Source of the DNA: Thermoanaerobaculia bacterium
GTDB lineage: Bacteria; Acidobacteriota; Thermoanaerobaculia; UBA5066; Gp7-AA6
Direction of reading: 5' to 3'
DNA length: 64,000 nucleotides
Assembly: GCA_038224325.1 (NCBI GenBank)
Contig: JBBRFL010000002.1
Coordinates: 8,352-72,351 of the forward strand
Shown here: one piece after another, positions 1 to 9,895 of the stretch
How the letters are laid out: every line of letters starts with the position of its first letter
How positions within the stretch are numbered: position 1 is the stretch's first letter
Made by a program: the position numbers and the translations under genes
The notes under the pieces: generated by a model
The model's database searches: none
Told to the model about the DNA's origin: nothing
What the model saw: the letters and a program-made list of their open reading frames with translations, nothing else

Positions 1-14
1 GAGCCGCTCGGAGA

Positions 15-2300
15 GTGTCGACAAGGTCTCGCATTATAGTTTTGGCGATGCGGTCGAGGCGTTTGGGACCCGGGCTCCTCGCGGCGGCCGTCCTCCTCGT
101 CCCCTCGTGCGCGTCGCGTCGAGACGGGCCCCTCCCCACCCTCGAGGACTATTCCGACGGCACGTCGCGGTACGCGGAGATCCTTCTTGAGGGGTGGAAG
201 GCAGGGACTCTCTCGCCCGACCTCTTCGCAGCCGACTTCCGCTGGACCGGCCCACTGCCCGGGGAATCGCTGGCGCGGGTCCCGTCTCGCCCTCCCCTTT
301 CCATCGCGGTCTATCGCGCGCCGATTTCTGCGCCCTCAGGCCCCGCACGCGCGGATCTGCGTCTGCAGCTCGCCAAGATCCGCGGCGAATTCGTCACGCT
401 CGGCCGGACCGAGGCGACTCTGTTCGACTTTCGGCGCCGGGGGACGAAGCGAGAGATCCTCCTGGGCGTCTTCCTCTCGGGGCGGGGCCCGAGAGGAGAG
501 CTTCGCCAGGAGGGCGGAAAGCTCCGGGCGGTCCTCACGCCAGCCGCCCGCGACGGCTGGCGGATGGAGTCCGGATCGCTCGAGGGCTGGCTCTCCGCAT
601 CGGCGGCCGCCCCCCAGTTCGAGGAGGTCGGCGAGAGGTCGGGGCTCACCCGCCCCCATCGCGCCTTCCTCCCCAACGCCGTGCGCAACGTGCCGATTCC
701 GGGCGAGCATCTGCCGCCGGGCGTCGCCGTCCTCGACTTCGACGGCGACGGGCGACCCGACCTCTTCGTGGCCGGCGGAGACGGCAACCGTCTCTACCGC
801 AACCGGGGCGACGGCTCCTTCGAGGACGTGGCGGAGCGAGCGGGGGTCGCGGGGCAGGAGGGCGAGGCCGTCGGCGCGCTCTCGTTCGATTACGACAACG
901 ACGGACTGCCCGATCTCTACGTGACCTACCTCTTCGCCCCCAACCGTCTGTACCGCAATCGGGGCGACGGCACGTTCGAAGAGGTCGCCGCGAAGGCGGG
1001 AGTCGCGCTGAACGACGCCTCGACCTCGGCCGCGGCGCTCGACTACGACCGCGACGGACTGCCCGATCTCTACGTCCTGGTCTACGGGCACCGCGACTCG
1101 GGGCCCAATTTTTCGGCCGACAATGCGCCTCCCAACCACCTCTTCCACAACAACGGCGACGGGACCTTCTCCGACGTCACGGCGGCGTCGCGAACCGGCG
1201 ACACGGGCTGGGGGCTCGCGCTCCAATCCGCCGACCTCGACGGCGACGGTTGGCCCGACCTCTACGTCGCCAACGACTTCGGCAACCATGCCTACCTCCA
1301 CAACGAGGGCGATGGCACGTTCCGCAACATCGCCGCCAGAGCCGGAGTGCTCGACCCGGGCTTCGGGATGGGCGTCGCCGTCGACGACATCGACGGCGAC
1401 GGGCGGCTCGACTTCTACGTGTCGAACTATTCGTTTCCGCTCAAGTGGTTCCTGCGCGACCCCCGCTACCCGATGCCGCCCTTCCCGTACTCGATCGGCC
1501 GTCCCCTGGTCTGGCGGCGGCTCACGGCCCTCTCGCGCGGCTCTTCCCTCTTCCACAACCTCGGCGGCGCTCGGAACCGCTTCGAGCGGACCTCAGACGA
1601 GGCCGACACCTGGGACACCTCGTGGTCGTGGGGCTGCGTCTTCGTCGACGCCGACCTGGACGGCCGCCCGGACCTCTTCGTGGTGAACGGGATGCTGACC
1701 GGCAAGAATCCGGTCGAGCGCGAGATCGACTTCTGGAACCTGATGAGCACCGAGTTCCGGAAGTTCGAGAAGGGCGTCGCGACCGCCGATTTCGGCGACG
1801 ACTCGCTGTGGGGCCGGCCTCCCAAGCGCCTCTACCGGAACCGCGACGGCCGCCACTTCGACGAGCTCGCGGCTGTGACGGGCCTCGAGTCGGACGGGAA
1901 CCAGCGCGGCCTCGTCGTCGTCGACGTGAACGGGGACGGCGCGCCGGACCTGTTCGCCACGGGCTTCCTGCAGCGCCCGTCCCTCTGGATCAATCGGAAC
2001 CCCTCGAAGGCCAGGTCTCTGGTGGTCTCGCTCGAGGGCGACCCGAAGGGTGCGGGACCCTACAAGTCGACGCGCGACGCGCTCGGGGCGACCGTCACCG
2101 TGTCGGCCGGCGGCTTGTCGCGCACCCAGGTCGTCTCGGCGGGCTACTCGTTCCTCTCGTCAGGCCCGAAGGAGCTCTACTTCGGCCTGGGCGACCGCGA
2201 GCGCGCCGACCGCGTCATCGTGCGGTGGCCGTCGGGCCGTGTCACCGAGCGCCGCGACGTGCCGGCGGGGGGGGTCGCGATCCACGAAGCGACGCCCTAG
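15..2300 (+). CDS. Secreted lipoprotein of the CRTAC1 family, with multiple FG-GAP/VCBS-type repeats and a C-terminal ASPIC/UnbV domain
   Basis: Repeated D-x-D-G-D-G-x-x-D-L-(F/Y)-V motifs (e.g. DFDGDGRPDLFVAGGDGNRLYRNRGDGSFEDV) recur about 7 times. The C-terminal block GYSFLSSGPKELYFGLGDRERADRVIVRWPSGRV is typical of the ASPIC/UnbV domain. The N-terminus has a signal peptide with a lipobox-like LLVPSC. The true start may be the internal Met at about position 48. Confidence 0.7.
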   Translation: MSTRSRIIVLAMRSRRLGPGLLAAAVLLVPSCASRRDGPLPTLEDYSDGTSRYAEILLEGWKAGTLSPDLFAADFRWTGPLPGESLARVPSRPPLSIAVYRAPISAPSGPARADLRLQLAKIRGEFVTLGRTEATLFDFRRRGTKREILLGVFLSGRGPRGELRQEGGKLRAVLTPAARDGWRMESGSLEGWLSASAAAPQFEEVGERSGLTRPHRAFLPNAVRNVPIPGEHLPPGVAVLDFDGDGRPDLFVAGGDGNRLYRNRGDGSFEDVAERAGVAGQEGEAVGALSFDYDNDGLPDLYVTYLFAPNRLYRNRGDGTFEEVAAKAGVALNDASTSAAALDYDRDGLPDLYVLVYGHRDSGPNFSADNAPPNHLFHNNGDGTFSDVTAASRTGDTGWGLALQSADLDGDGWPDLYVANDFGNHAYLHNEGDGTFRNIAARAGVLDPGFGMGVAVDDIDGDGRLDFYVSNYSFPLKWFLRDPRYPMPPFPYSIGRPLVWRRLTALSRGSSLFHNLGGARNRFERTSDEADTWDTSWSWGCVFVDADLDGRPDLFVVNGMLTGKNPVEREIDFWNLMSTEFRKFEKGVATADFGDDSLWGRPPKRLYRNRDGRHFDELAAVTGLESDGNQRGLVVVDVNGDGAPDLFATGFLQRPSLWINRNPSKARSLVVSLEGDPKGAGPYKSTRDALGATVTVSAGGLSRTQVVSAGYSFLSSGPKELYFGLGDRERADRVIVRWPSGRVTERRDVPAGGVAIHEATP

Positions 2301-2428
2301 GTCCAAGACTGCAAACGGGTGGAGTCAAGCGGCAAGCGCATGCTAGACGCCGCCTCTCCCGCGAGTGCGTCGTTATCGGAGGCCCGGCCGACCTGATGAC
2401 GCGCGCGACGCGCGCTTTGGTGCAACAG

Positions 2429-2920
2429 TTATTTCGATTTCCAGGTGCTCTCGATGGGTCGGATCATCGATGCCGCGACCTTGCACTGACCATCGACCGA
2501 CTTCCAGACCCTCAAGTATCCAGTCTGGAAGGCCGTGTGTTTGCCGGTTTTCCGGTCGTCAAAGGCCACCTCACCCGTTCCATATTCATAGGCCATGTCG
2601 CCCGAGCTGGAGACGGCGATTCGCTGGGGATGTTCCGCGATGACCGTATTCTTCATTGGCCCTTCCGCGGCCATCGTCTTGGAAGCTTCTTCGCCTGCCG
2701 CCTTGCCGATCAGAGGTTTTTCAAGCATGCCGGACCAAAAGAACGTGTCGTCGGCAAACTTGAAAGCGCGATTCTGAATAGCATCTCGAACTGTCAGCTC
2801 AGCGCAAGCAGAACCGTTCTGTCCGGCTGGCGGTGGCCCAGACGGAGCCTGCGCCAGCGCCCGGGTGGCACAAAGAATGAGCGTGAGGACTCCGACGGTC
2901 AGGGTTTTGCGGTGATGCAT
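2429..2920 (-). CDS. Small secreted protein of unknown function, possibly NTF2/SnoaL-like
   Basis: The ORF has a signal peptide (MHHRKTLTVGVLTLILCATRALAQA) and encodes about 160 aa. Its GC content (about 55%) is clearly below that of neighbouring genes. I prefer the start at 2920 over the upstream extension to 2980 because it yields a canonical signal peptide. Confidence 0.4.
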   Translation of the reverse strand: MHHRKTLTVGVLTLILCATRALAQAPSGPPPAGQNGSACAELTVRDAIQNRAFKFADDTFFWSGMLEKPLIGKAAGEEASKTMAAEGPMKNTVIAEHPQRIAVSSSGDMAYEYGTGEVAFDDRKTGKHTAFQTGYLRVWKSVDGQCKVAASMIRPIESTWKSK

Positions 2921-3013
2921 GCAAGCCTTGAGTTTGAGGAAGGGCCTCGTTCCGGGACATACGCATTTTCCTTTCTCCACGCTTGGGACCCTTGGCGCTT
3001 CGCTGGCCGACGG

Positions 3014-5413
3014 CTATGGCAGCTCGAACGTCTTGGTCAAGAAGACGGCCATCTGCCCGCGTGTGTTGGGATCGCTCGGACAGTAGTTCCCCGCGCCGCA
3101 GCCTGCCGTGATGCCCTCGGCGGCGAGCTGCTCGATCCAGCCGGCGAAGGGCGAGGTACAGAAGACATCGAGAAAGACGCCCGGCGTGCACGGAGGCGGC
3201 GCGTAGTCGGAGCCGTGCTCGGCCTTGAGCAGGAACACCGCCATCTGATCGCGGGAAACGACCTGGCCCGGGCAGTAGTCGCCGTTGCCGCAACCCGCCG
3301 TGATGCCCTCGTGAAACAGGGCCTCGATCCAGTCGGTGAACGGCCCGGGGCATGGAGCGTCGGGGAAGACTCCCGTGCAGGGCGGCGGCGTGAAGCAGAC
3401 GCCGTATTTCCCCTTGAGCAGGAACACGGCCATCTGTTCCCGGGGAATGCCCTGGTCGACTCCGTAGTTGCCGTTGCCGACACCTGCACTGATCCCGTTC
3501 GCGGCGAGCTTGACGACGAAGTTGTGGAACGTCTGCTCGACCGGCACGTCGTTGAAGTCCGCGACCCAGCCGTTTCGCAGCGTGCCGGTCACACCGCTGG
3601 GATCGAGCACGGTGACGTCATTGACGGTGCCGGCCGGTAGCCCCGGCACGTTGGCCGAGATCTCCCTCGGGGTGACGACGACGACGTTCGTGGCAGGTAC
3701 CCCGCCCACCGTGACCGTGGCGCCGGGCTCGTAGAGCATCCCGGTGAGCGTCGTGAGTGCACCTCCCGCGTGCGGCCCCGAGGGCGGGTCCAGGAAAAAG
3801 ACGATCCGCTGCGAGAACTCGGACGTGTTGCCGTCCGGGTCGGTCGCCGTCGCCGTAACGGACTCTCCCGCCTGAAGCACGAAGGGCACATCGGTCGCAA
3901 AGGTCGCGTCGCCGAAGCCGTCCGTCGTGGCCTGCAACGACCCCAGGTAGTTCTCGCCCTGCAGATAGTCCTGGGGCCGGCGCTGGCAAGCCGGGTTTGA
4001 GAACAGGTCGATGTCGAAGGTCGTCGAACTCGTGCTGTTCAAGCGTCCTTCGATGTGGGTCGTCGACGCGCCGGGAACGACGCTCGAAATCACCGGGTAG
4101 TTCTGAAGCCGGTTCCCTCCATCCTCGTCGATGTCGCCAGCGTCGTTCGGCGTCACGCCGCCAAGCCCGGAGCCCTCGAGGAGATCGATTCCGAGACCTC
4201 GGTTGTCGAAGATCCGATTGCCGCGAATGCGGAGTTGGCCGCTATCTTGACCCACCGTCACACCATGGGAGGCAAAACCAGCCGTCTTTCCGTTGTGCGC
4301 GATGACATTGCCCTCACCGGTCGCGGTGCCTCCGATTGTCGAGACGCTACCCGCCAGAAGTCCGCTCAGGCCATTGCCGAGGTCGAGCGTTGCCGTCTCG
4401 TCGGTGCCAATGAAGTTTCCCTGGACGACTGACAAGAACGAACCACGGTCGAGAATGCCAATGTCGTTGTTGCCGGAGACGACGTTTCCCTTGATGGACG
4501 TGGACAGACCACTACTTTCCATCCCAAACTGCTGTCCCAGCCGGTGCGTTCCGGTTACGTCCGTGCCGATGAAATTGCCCTGAACCACGACGTTGAATCC
4601 AGCGGATTGCCGGATGCGGACTCCATAAAAGACATTGCCAGAGATGACATTTCGCTCAGCAGCGGTCGGTCCACCGATCCTCGGTCCCATTTTGTCGGGC
4701 GTCCCGGAGCCACCGGTGGATACGCCGTCGGTGTTCGCGATAGCTGCCGTACCGGCCGCGTCCGTGCCGATGAGATTGCCCACGACAACCGAGTTATCGC
4801 CCGGGTCGCCGACGAAAATGCCGAGGTCGTTTCCCGACACGAGATTGCCGATCACGGATACACCCCTTGCCTCTTCGATGTCGATCCCGATGTCCTGCGC
4901 CCCCGGCCGGAAGCTTCCGGTCGGATCGGTGCCGATGAAGTTGCCGGCGATCAGCGTCCCCCCGCCGCCGGTTCCGACTTGGATGGCGGCGGCCGTACAA
5001 CGATTGATCACCAATCCATCGACGATCATGGCGAGGATGTCCGCGTTCCCCGCGTTCACCTTCAGGCAGGGCTGAACGACCGTTGCCGTTCCGTTGATCT
5101 CAATCGTCAGGACCGCGTTGTTGCCCTGGCCGGGCGGATTGGTGTTCGGGGAGGAGCCCGGCTGCGTGTACCCATCGATCGTCACGGGCTGCGTGATCGG
5201 GGGAAGGGCCGATGCCAGCACGATGGTGTGGACTCCGCCGCCGGGAATGGCAAATTCGACCACGTCGTCGCCGAAGTTCGCATTGGCGTCGAGAATCGCC
5301 TGTCGCAGCGATCCGGAGCCGCTGTCGTTCGTGTTCGTGACCGTGAAAGTCGAGGCGCCAAGCGCGCTCGCCGTGATAGCCGATGCGAGGCAGATTGCGA
5401 TCCGAAGATTCAT
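3014..5413 (-). CDS. Secreted protein with a CSLREA-type right-handed parallel beta-helix, an IPT/TIG domain and three Cys-rich SLH-like C-terminal repeats (paralog A)
   Basis: A signal peptide is followed by the N-terminal motif TFTVTNTNDSGSGSLRQAILDANAN...VTIDGY, typical of CSLREA/PbH1 beta-helix proteins. Many G-N-x-I/V-x-G-N repeats follow. An IPT-like block reads GGALTTLTGMLYEPGATVTVGG...VNDVTVLD. Three C-terminal repeats match F.D....F..WIEAL...GITAGCGNGNYCP...V.R.QMAVFLLK, resembling S-layer homology domains. Confidence 0.7.
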   Translation of the reverse strand: MNLRIAICLASAITASALGASTFTVTNTNDSGSGSLRQAILDANANFGDDVVEFAIPGGGVHTIVLASALPPITQPVTIDGYTQPGSSPNTNPPGQGNNAVLTIEINGTATVVQPCLKVNAGNADILAMIVDGLVINRCTAAAIQVGTGGGGTLIAGNFIGTDPTGSFRPGAQDIGIDIEEARGVSVIGNLVSGNDLGIFVGDPGDNSVVVGNLIGTDAAGTAAIANTDGVSTGGSGTPDKMGPRIGGPTAAERNVISGNVFYGVRIRQSAGFNVVVQGNFIGTDVTGTHRLGQQFGMESSGLSTSIKGNVVSGNNDIGILDRGSFLSVVQGNFIGTDETATLDLGNGLSGLLAGSVSTIGGTATGEGNVIAHNGKTAGFASHGVTVGQDSGQLRIRGNRIFDNRGLGIDLLEGSGLGGVTPNDAGDIDEDGGNRLQNYPVISSVVPGASTTHIEGRLNSTSSTTFDIDLFSNPACQRRPQDYLQGENYLGSLQATTDGFGDATFATDVPFVLQAGESVTATATDPDGNTSEFSQRIVFFLDPPSGPHAGGALTTLTGMLYEPGATVTVGGVPATNVVVVTPREISANVPGLPAGTVNDVTVLDPSGVTGTLRNGWVADFNDVPVEQTFHNFVVKLAANGISAGVGNGNYGVDQGIPREQMAVFLLKGKYGVCFTPPPCTGVFPDAPCPGPFTDWIEALFHEGITAGCGNGDYCPGQVVSRDQMAVFLLKAEHGSDYAPPPCTPGVFLDVFCTSPFAGWIEQLAAEGITAGCGAGNYCPSDPNTRGQMAVFLTKTFELP

Positions 5414-5429
5414 GGCTTCCCTCCTCGCG

Positions 5430-7862
5430 CTATGAGAGGCCGAACGTCTTCACGATGAACACCGCCATCTCGCCGCGTGTGTTGGGATGGTCGGGACAAT
5501 AGTTGCCGCCGCCGCACCCGGCCGTGATGCCCTCCGCGGCGAGCCGCTCGATCCAGTCGGCGAAGGGAGAGGGACAAGGCACATCGAGAAAGACCCCCGG
5601 AGTACACGGCGGCGGCGCGTACGAGGAGCCGTGCTCCGCCTTGAGAAGGAAGACGGCCATCTGATCGCGGGGAACCGTCTGGCCCGGACAGTAGTTGCCG
5701 TTCCCGCAGCCCGCGGTGATTCCCTCGTGGAACAGCGCCTCGATCCAGTCGGTGAAGGTCCCGGGGCAGGACACGTCGGGAAAGATGCCGGTGCATTGAA
5801 GAGGCGTGTAGCAGACGCCGTGTTTAGCCTTGAGCAGGAACACGGCCATCTGTTCCCGGAGGACGCCCTGGTCGACTCCGTAGCTGCCGTTGCCGACCCC
5901 CGCCGAGATCCCATTGGCCACGAGAATGTCGACGAAGTCATGGAATTGATGCCCGCCCGGCACGTCCAGAAAGTCCGCGACCCAGCCGTTTCGTAGCGTG
6001 CCGGTCACGCCGCTGGGGTCGAGGACGGTGACGTCGTTGACGCTTCCCGCCGGCCGGGCCGGCATGGTCGCGGTGATCGACGTGGGGCCCATGACGGTGA
6101 CATTGGTGGCGGCGACGCCGCCGACCGTGACCGTGGCCCCGGATTCGTAGAGCATGCCGGGCAGCGTGGCGATCGCTCCTCCCGCGTGCGCTCCGCCGGG
6201 CGGATCGATCGCGAAGAGGATGCGTTGCGAGAACTCCGACGTGTTCCCCTCGGGGTCGGTCGCCGTCGCCGTAACGGGATCGTCCGCCTCGAGAACCAAC
6301 GGGACGTCGGTCGCGAAGGTCGCGTCGCCGAAGCCGTCCGTGCTGACCTGCACGGACCCGAGGTAAATCTCGCCCTGGAGATAGTCTCGGGGCCGGGCAC
6401 GGCACGACGGATTGGAAAAGAGGTCGATGTCGAAGGTCTCCGACGCAACACCGTTCAAGAGTCCTTCGATGTGCGTCGTCGAACCGCCGGGGACGACGCT
6501 CGTGATCATCGGATAATTCTGAAGCCGGTTCCCTCCATCGCTGTCGAGATCGTTGGGGTCGTTCGCGGTCACTCCGCCAACGTAAGAGGCTTCGACGAGG
6601 TCAATTCCGAGTGGTCCGTTGTCGAAGATTCGATTGCCTCGGATGCGGACGTCGACCACTCCGGGAAGCACCTCCACACCGTTTCGGAAATCGTCCGGGC
6701 GATCGACCGGCGTCTTTCCGTTGTGCGCGATGACATTGGCCTGCCCGGGCGTGGTGCCGCCGATTGTCCAGCCGTTTCCCGCGGCGATTCCGCTGAGGCC
6801 ATTGCCAAGATCGATTGCCCCCGTTTCGTCCGTGCCGACGAAGTTCCCCTCGACGTCTGCGTTTGTAGCGACGATGCTGTTCGTGAACTCGATGCCATAG
6901 TAGGAGTTGGCGGAGACGACATTCCCTTTGATGACCGTGGAAGCACTTCCCTCCAGGATTCCATTCAGGTTGCCCAAGGGGTACTCTCCCGAGGCAGTCA
7001 CGCCTATGAAGTTCCCCTGAATCATGACGCTCGCTGCATGACTCGTTGAAATTCCATGCGCGCTGTTCCCGGAGATCACGTTTCGCTCGGCTGAGGTCGA
7101 GCCGCCGATCCTTGCGCCCGACGAGACACCAATCAGGACCCCCTCTTGCTGGTTCGGGATCGGGGACATTCCGTTCGCCATCGGGCCAATGAGATTGCCC
7201 ACGATGACCGCATCCAGGCTTGCGCTATCGTCGCCGAGAACGACCCCGCCGACGTCGTTCCCCGAGACCACGTTGCCACTCACGGAGACGCCCACTGCGC
7301 CTTCGATGTCAATTCCGATTCCCTGGACTCCCGGCCGGAAGCTTCCGGTCGGATCCGTGCCGATGAAGTTGCCGGCGACGAGCGCGCCGTCGCCCCCGGT
7401 TCCCACGCGTATGGCGGCCGTCGGACAGCGGTTGACGACCAAACCATCGACGATCATGGCGAGGATGTTGGAGTTGCCCGCGTTCACCGTCAGGCATGGG
7501 CTCGCGCCTGCTCCCGTCCCGTCGATCTCGATCGTCAAGACCGCGTCGTTGCCACCACCCTCCGGATGGGTGTTCGCCGAAGATCCGGGCTGGGAGTAGC
7601 CGTCAATCGTGACCGGATGCGCGATCGCGGGCAGCGGGGATGCCAGGGTGATCGTGTGGACGCCAGTGCCCGGGATGTTGAACGCGATCACGTCGTCACC
7701 GAAATTCGCGTTCGCGTCGAGGATCGCTTGCCGCAGCGAGCCCGCGCCGCTATCGCTTGAGTTGGTGACGGTAAAGGTCGCGGCGCGGACCGACGAGGCC
7801 AGGGAGAGGACGAGGCAAGTCGCGAGGATCCATCGCACGTATCGAGGGCGGCCGGTTTTCAT
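5430..7862 (-). CDS. Secreted protein with a CSLREA-type parallel beta-helix, an IPT/TIG domain and three Cys-rich SLH-like repeats (paralog B, tandem duplicate of the upstream gene)
   Basis: The architecture matches 3014..5413 with very high identity (N-terminus ATFTVTNSSDSGAGSLRQAILDANANFGDDVIAF versus STFTVTNTNDSGSGSLRQAILDANANFGDDVVEF). The two genes are separated by only 16 nt. Confidence 0.7.
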   Translation of the reverse strand: MKTGRPRYVRWILATCLVLSLASSVRAATFTVTNSSDSGAGSLRQAILDANANFGDDVIAFNIPGTGVHTITLASPLPAIAHPVTIDGYSQPGSSANTHPEGGGNDAVLTIEIDGTGAGASPCLTVNAGNSNILAMIVDGLVVNRCPTAAIRVGTGGDGALVAGNFIGTDPTGSFRPGVQGIGIDIEGAVGVSVSGNVVSGNDVGGVVLGDDSASLDAVIVGNLIGPMANGMSPIPNQQEGVLIGVSSGARIGGSTSAERNVISGNSAHGISTSHAASVMIQGNFIGVTASGEYPLGNLNGILEGSASTVIKGNVVSANSYYGIEFTNSIVATNADVEGNFVGTDETGAIDLGNGLSGIAAGNGWTIGGTTPGQANVIAHNGKTPVDRPDDFRNGVEVLPGVVDVRIRGNRIFDNGPLGIDLVEASYVGGVTANDPNDLDSDGGNRLQNYPMITSVVPGGSTTHIEGLLNGVASETFDIDLFSNPSCRARPRDYLQGEIYLGSVQVSTDGFGDATFATDVPLVLEADDPVTATATDPEGNTSEFSQRILFAIDPPGGAHAGGAIATLPGMLYESGATVTVGGVAATNVTVMGPTSITATMPARPAGSVNDVTVLDPSGVTGTLRNGWVADFLDVPGGHQFHDFVDILVANGISAGVGNGSYGVDQGVLREQMAVFLLKAKHGVCYTPLQCTGIFPDVSCPGTFTDWIEALFHEGITAGCGNGNYCPGQTVPRDQMAVFLLKAEHGSSYAPPPCTPGVFLDVPCPSPFADWIERLAAEGITAGCGGGNYCPDHPNTRGEMAVFIVKTFGLS

Positions 7863-7986
7863 GTTCCCTCCTTGGGTTCGGCGACTCGGAGGACAAAGAA
7901 GCGGTGGATCGAAAAGGTTACGAGGGCGCGTACGGCCAGGGGTCGAGGTTCGAGCCTGGAACGGCTAGCCGACGCGGGCACCGGCG

Positions 7987-9570
7987 TCATTCCTTGTCCG
8001 ACGGGTCGTTGAAGAGCACCGTCATCTTGATGCTGCCGTGCCCCGCCTGCGGGTATGCCGGCGCCGATTTGTCGCCCGGATCGAGATTGGACGCCGTGTC
8101 GTCGGGTGGGAACAGCACCAGCGTATTCAGGAACTCGATGACGTCGCGCTGTCGCGAATAGTCCAGGGCGGCGAAGGCATCGCGGGACTGTTGCGCCTCC
8201 TCGCCGTGTCGGAGGATGGCCTCGGTCAGGTTGACGCTGCGGCCGTCGTGGCCGTACGCGACCTTGCTGCCCACGCCCCAGAGCGGGCGCGTCAGGAACT
8301 CCTTCTGCACGGTACCGTCCCAGTTGCGCTCGTAGAAGTTTGGACCGAGGTCGTGCCGCTTGAAGTCGGTGAAGATGTTGCGGACCAGGAACGGCTGCGA
8401 CTTCGGCTTCTTCAGAGCCGGGTACGCGCTCCCGTCGGGCACCGTGTCGAACAACGCCGTCGCCGTGGCGAAGAGGTTGTTGAGGATCCCGCGGTCCGGG
8501 TCGTATACCGTCTCGACGTCGGCGACGCGGCGGTCGCGCTCGATCCCGAGGTTGGCGATGTGGCACGAGGCGCACCCGATCTCGTGGAAGACCCGGATGC
8601 CCCGCTGCGCGAAGGCCGTCTGCCTGTACGTGGCGGGCTTGAAGTAATTCAGGAGGTAGAACTCGAGGTAGTCGACCAGCGCCGTCGGAGCCTCACCCCC
8701 GGTCACGTTCCCGTTGGGATCGAACGCCGCGTTGGTGATCGGGGGCGCTTCGATCCGATCCCGCCGGCCGTCGAGCACCATCCCGGCGGGCGTTACCGCC
8801 TGGCCCTGGACGGCGGCACGGGCCAGATCCGGGTCGGCCACGTCGAGCCCCATCTCCCCGTGGAGCGCGCCCACGACGAACTCGCGAATCGAGATCGTCC
8901 CGCCATGGGCGAAGAAGGGTCGGACGCGCAGGTCCGGGTCCACACCCCGCACCTGGGAACGGTCGACCGCGCCGCTCGGAGCCGCGGTGATCGCGCCGTA
9001 GTCGATCCCCTTGGCCAGCAGCGGCTTGGTCACCGACCGCCCGCCGGAGACGACCGCGCCGGCCTCGATCCGGCGAAGCTCCGCCGTGATCTCGTCCGCA
9101 AGCATCTCCTTCAGGCCGAGGCCGAAGAGGTGCGGCGCGTCGCGGCTGTCGGGCCGGGTCACGACGTCGCCGCCCGTCCCCGCCGACCCCCGCGGCCGGC
9201 CATGGCAGCTCGCGCAGCTGTCGGAGAGCCCGGCCCCGATCGCGATCATCGTGTTGATGTCGCCAATCCCGTCCTGCACCCCGGGCCCCTGAAGCTCCAG
9301 CCGGGTGAACTTTCGCTGGAAGATCTGCCGGCCCCGGCGAATGGCGCGGAACGGGTCACGGCTGATGAGGTAGGACGAGGAGTCCGGAGTCTGCCAGTCG
9401 CCTCGCCCCACTCCGATCTGCTGGGCCAGCGACCTGTTGATGCCGTCGCCGACGACGTTCGGCGCCTGCGTCTTGTCGATCATCTGGGCGCGGGCGAGCG
9501 AGGCGTCGACCGCGAGTCCTCCGAGGCACACGCCTGTTGCGAGAAAGATCACCCCGCCGCGAGGCTTCAT
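7987..9570 (-). CDS. Di-heme oxidoreductase of the DUF1111 family (putative cytochrome c peroxidase)
   Basis: A signal peptide is present. There are two CxxCH heme-binding motifs (SCASCHGRP and GCASCHIAN) spaced as in DUF1111 proteins. The length of 527 aa fits the family. Confidence 0.65.
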   Translation of the reverse strand: MKPRGGVIFLATGVCLGGLAVDASLARAQMIDKTQAPNVVGDGINRSLAQQIGVGRGDWQTPDSSSYLISRDPFRAIRRGRQIFQRKFTRLELQGPGVQDGIGDINTMIAIGAGLSDSCASCHGRPRGSAGTGGDVVTRPDSRDAPHLFGLGLKEMLADEITAELRRIEAGAVVSGGRSVTKPLLAKGIDYGAITAAPSGAVDRSQVRGVDPDLRVRPFFAHGGTISIREFVVGALHGEMGLDVADPDLARAAVQGQAVTPAGMVLDGRRDRIEAPPITNAAFDPNGNVTGGEAPTALVDYLEFYLLNYFKPATYRQTAFAQRGIRVFHEIGCASCHIANLGIERDRRVADVETVYDPDRGILNNLFATATALFDTVPDGSAYPALKKPKSQPFLVRNIFTDFKRHDLGPNFYERNWDGTVQKEFLTRPLWGVGSKVAYGHDGRSVNLTEAILRHGEEAQQSRDAFAALDYSRQRDVIEFLNTLVLFPPDDTASNLDPGDKSAPAYPQAGHGSIKMTVLFNDPSDKE

Positions 9571-9895
9571 TTGGTCCTCCGTTCCTCAGTCGATCCCCTC
9601 TGCACTAGCCCCTACCTAAGGAAACGGAAAAGGACTCGGAAACCCGACACGCGGGCGCCCGCAACCGCCGCAGGAGACGGGCACGCAGCCGGCGCCCCCC
9701 CGAACGGCGGCGCTCGGTCTCCTGAGGCGCACGCTCGGCCCCGGGCAGCGGCGACGGCCCGCGTGCAGGCGCTCCTGGTCCGGTTCCCCGCGGGCTCCTG
9801 ATCCGGCTTCCGCCCGGCCCGGAGTCCGACGGCACCGTGGTAGCCTCTTCCAGATTTTCGCCGAGACGCCCCTGGCACCCACCCTCACCTCGCTG

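Noticed and set aside
187-3640. Overlapping ORFs 187..924, 194..3640, 336..1556 and others over the FG-GAP gene
   Set aside because: These are alternate-frame artefacts with Arg/Pro-rich translations. The plus-strand FG-GAP frame carries the recognisable repeats.
8038-9801. A 587-aa plus-strand ORF antisense to the DUF1111 gene, and similar antisense ORFs (11255..13033, 14839..17220, 30531..32051, 32805..35678)
   Set aside because: No recognisable motifs are present, and the amino-acid composition is biased (R/G/D/P). Each lies opposite a gene with strong family signatures, so they are typical GC-rich antisense artefacts.
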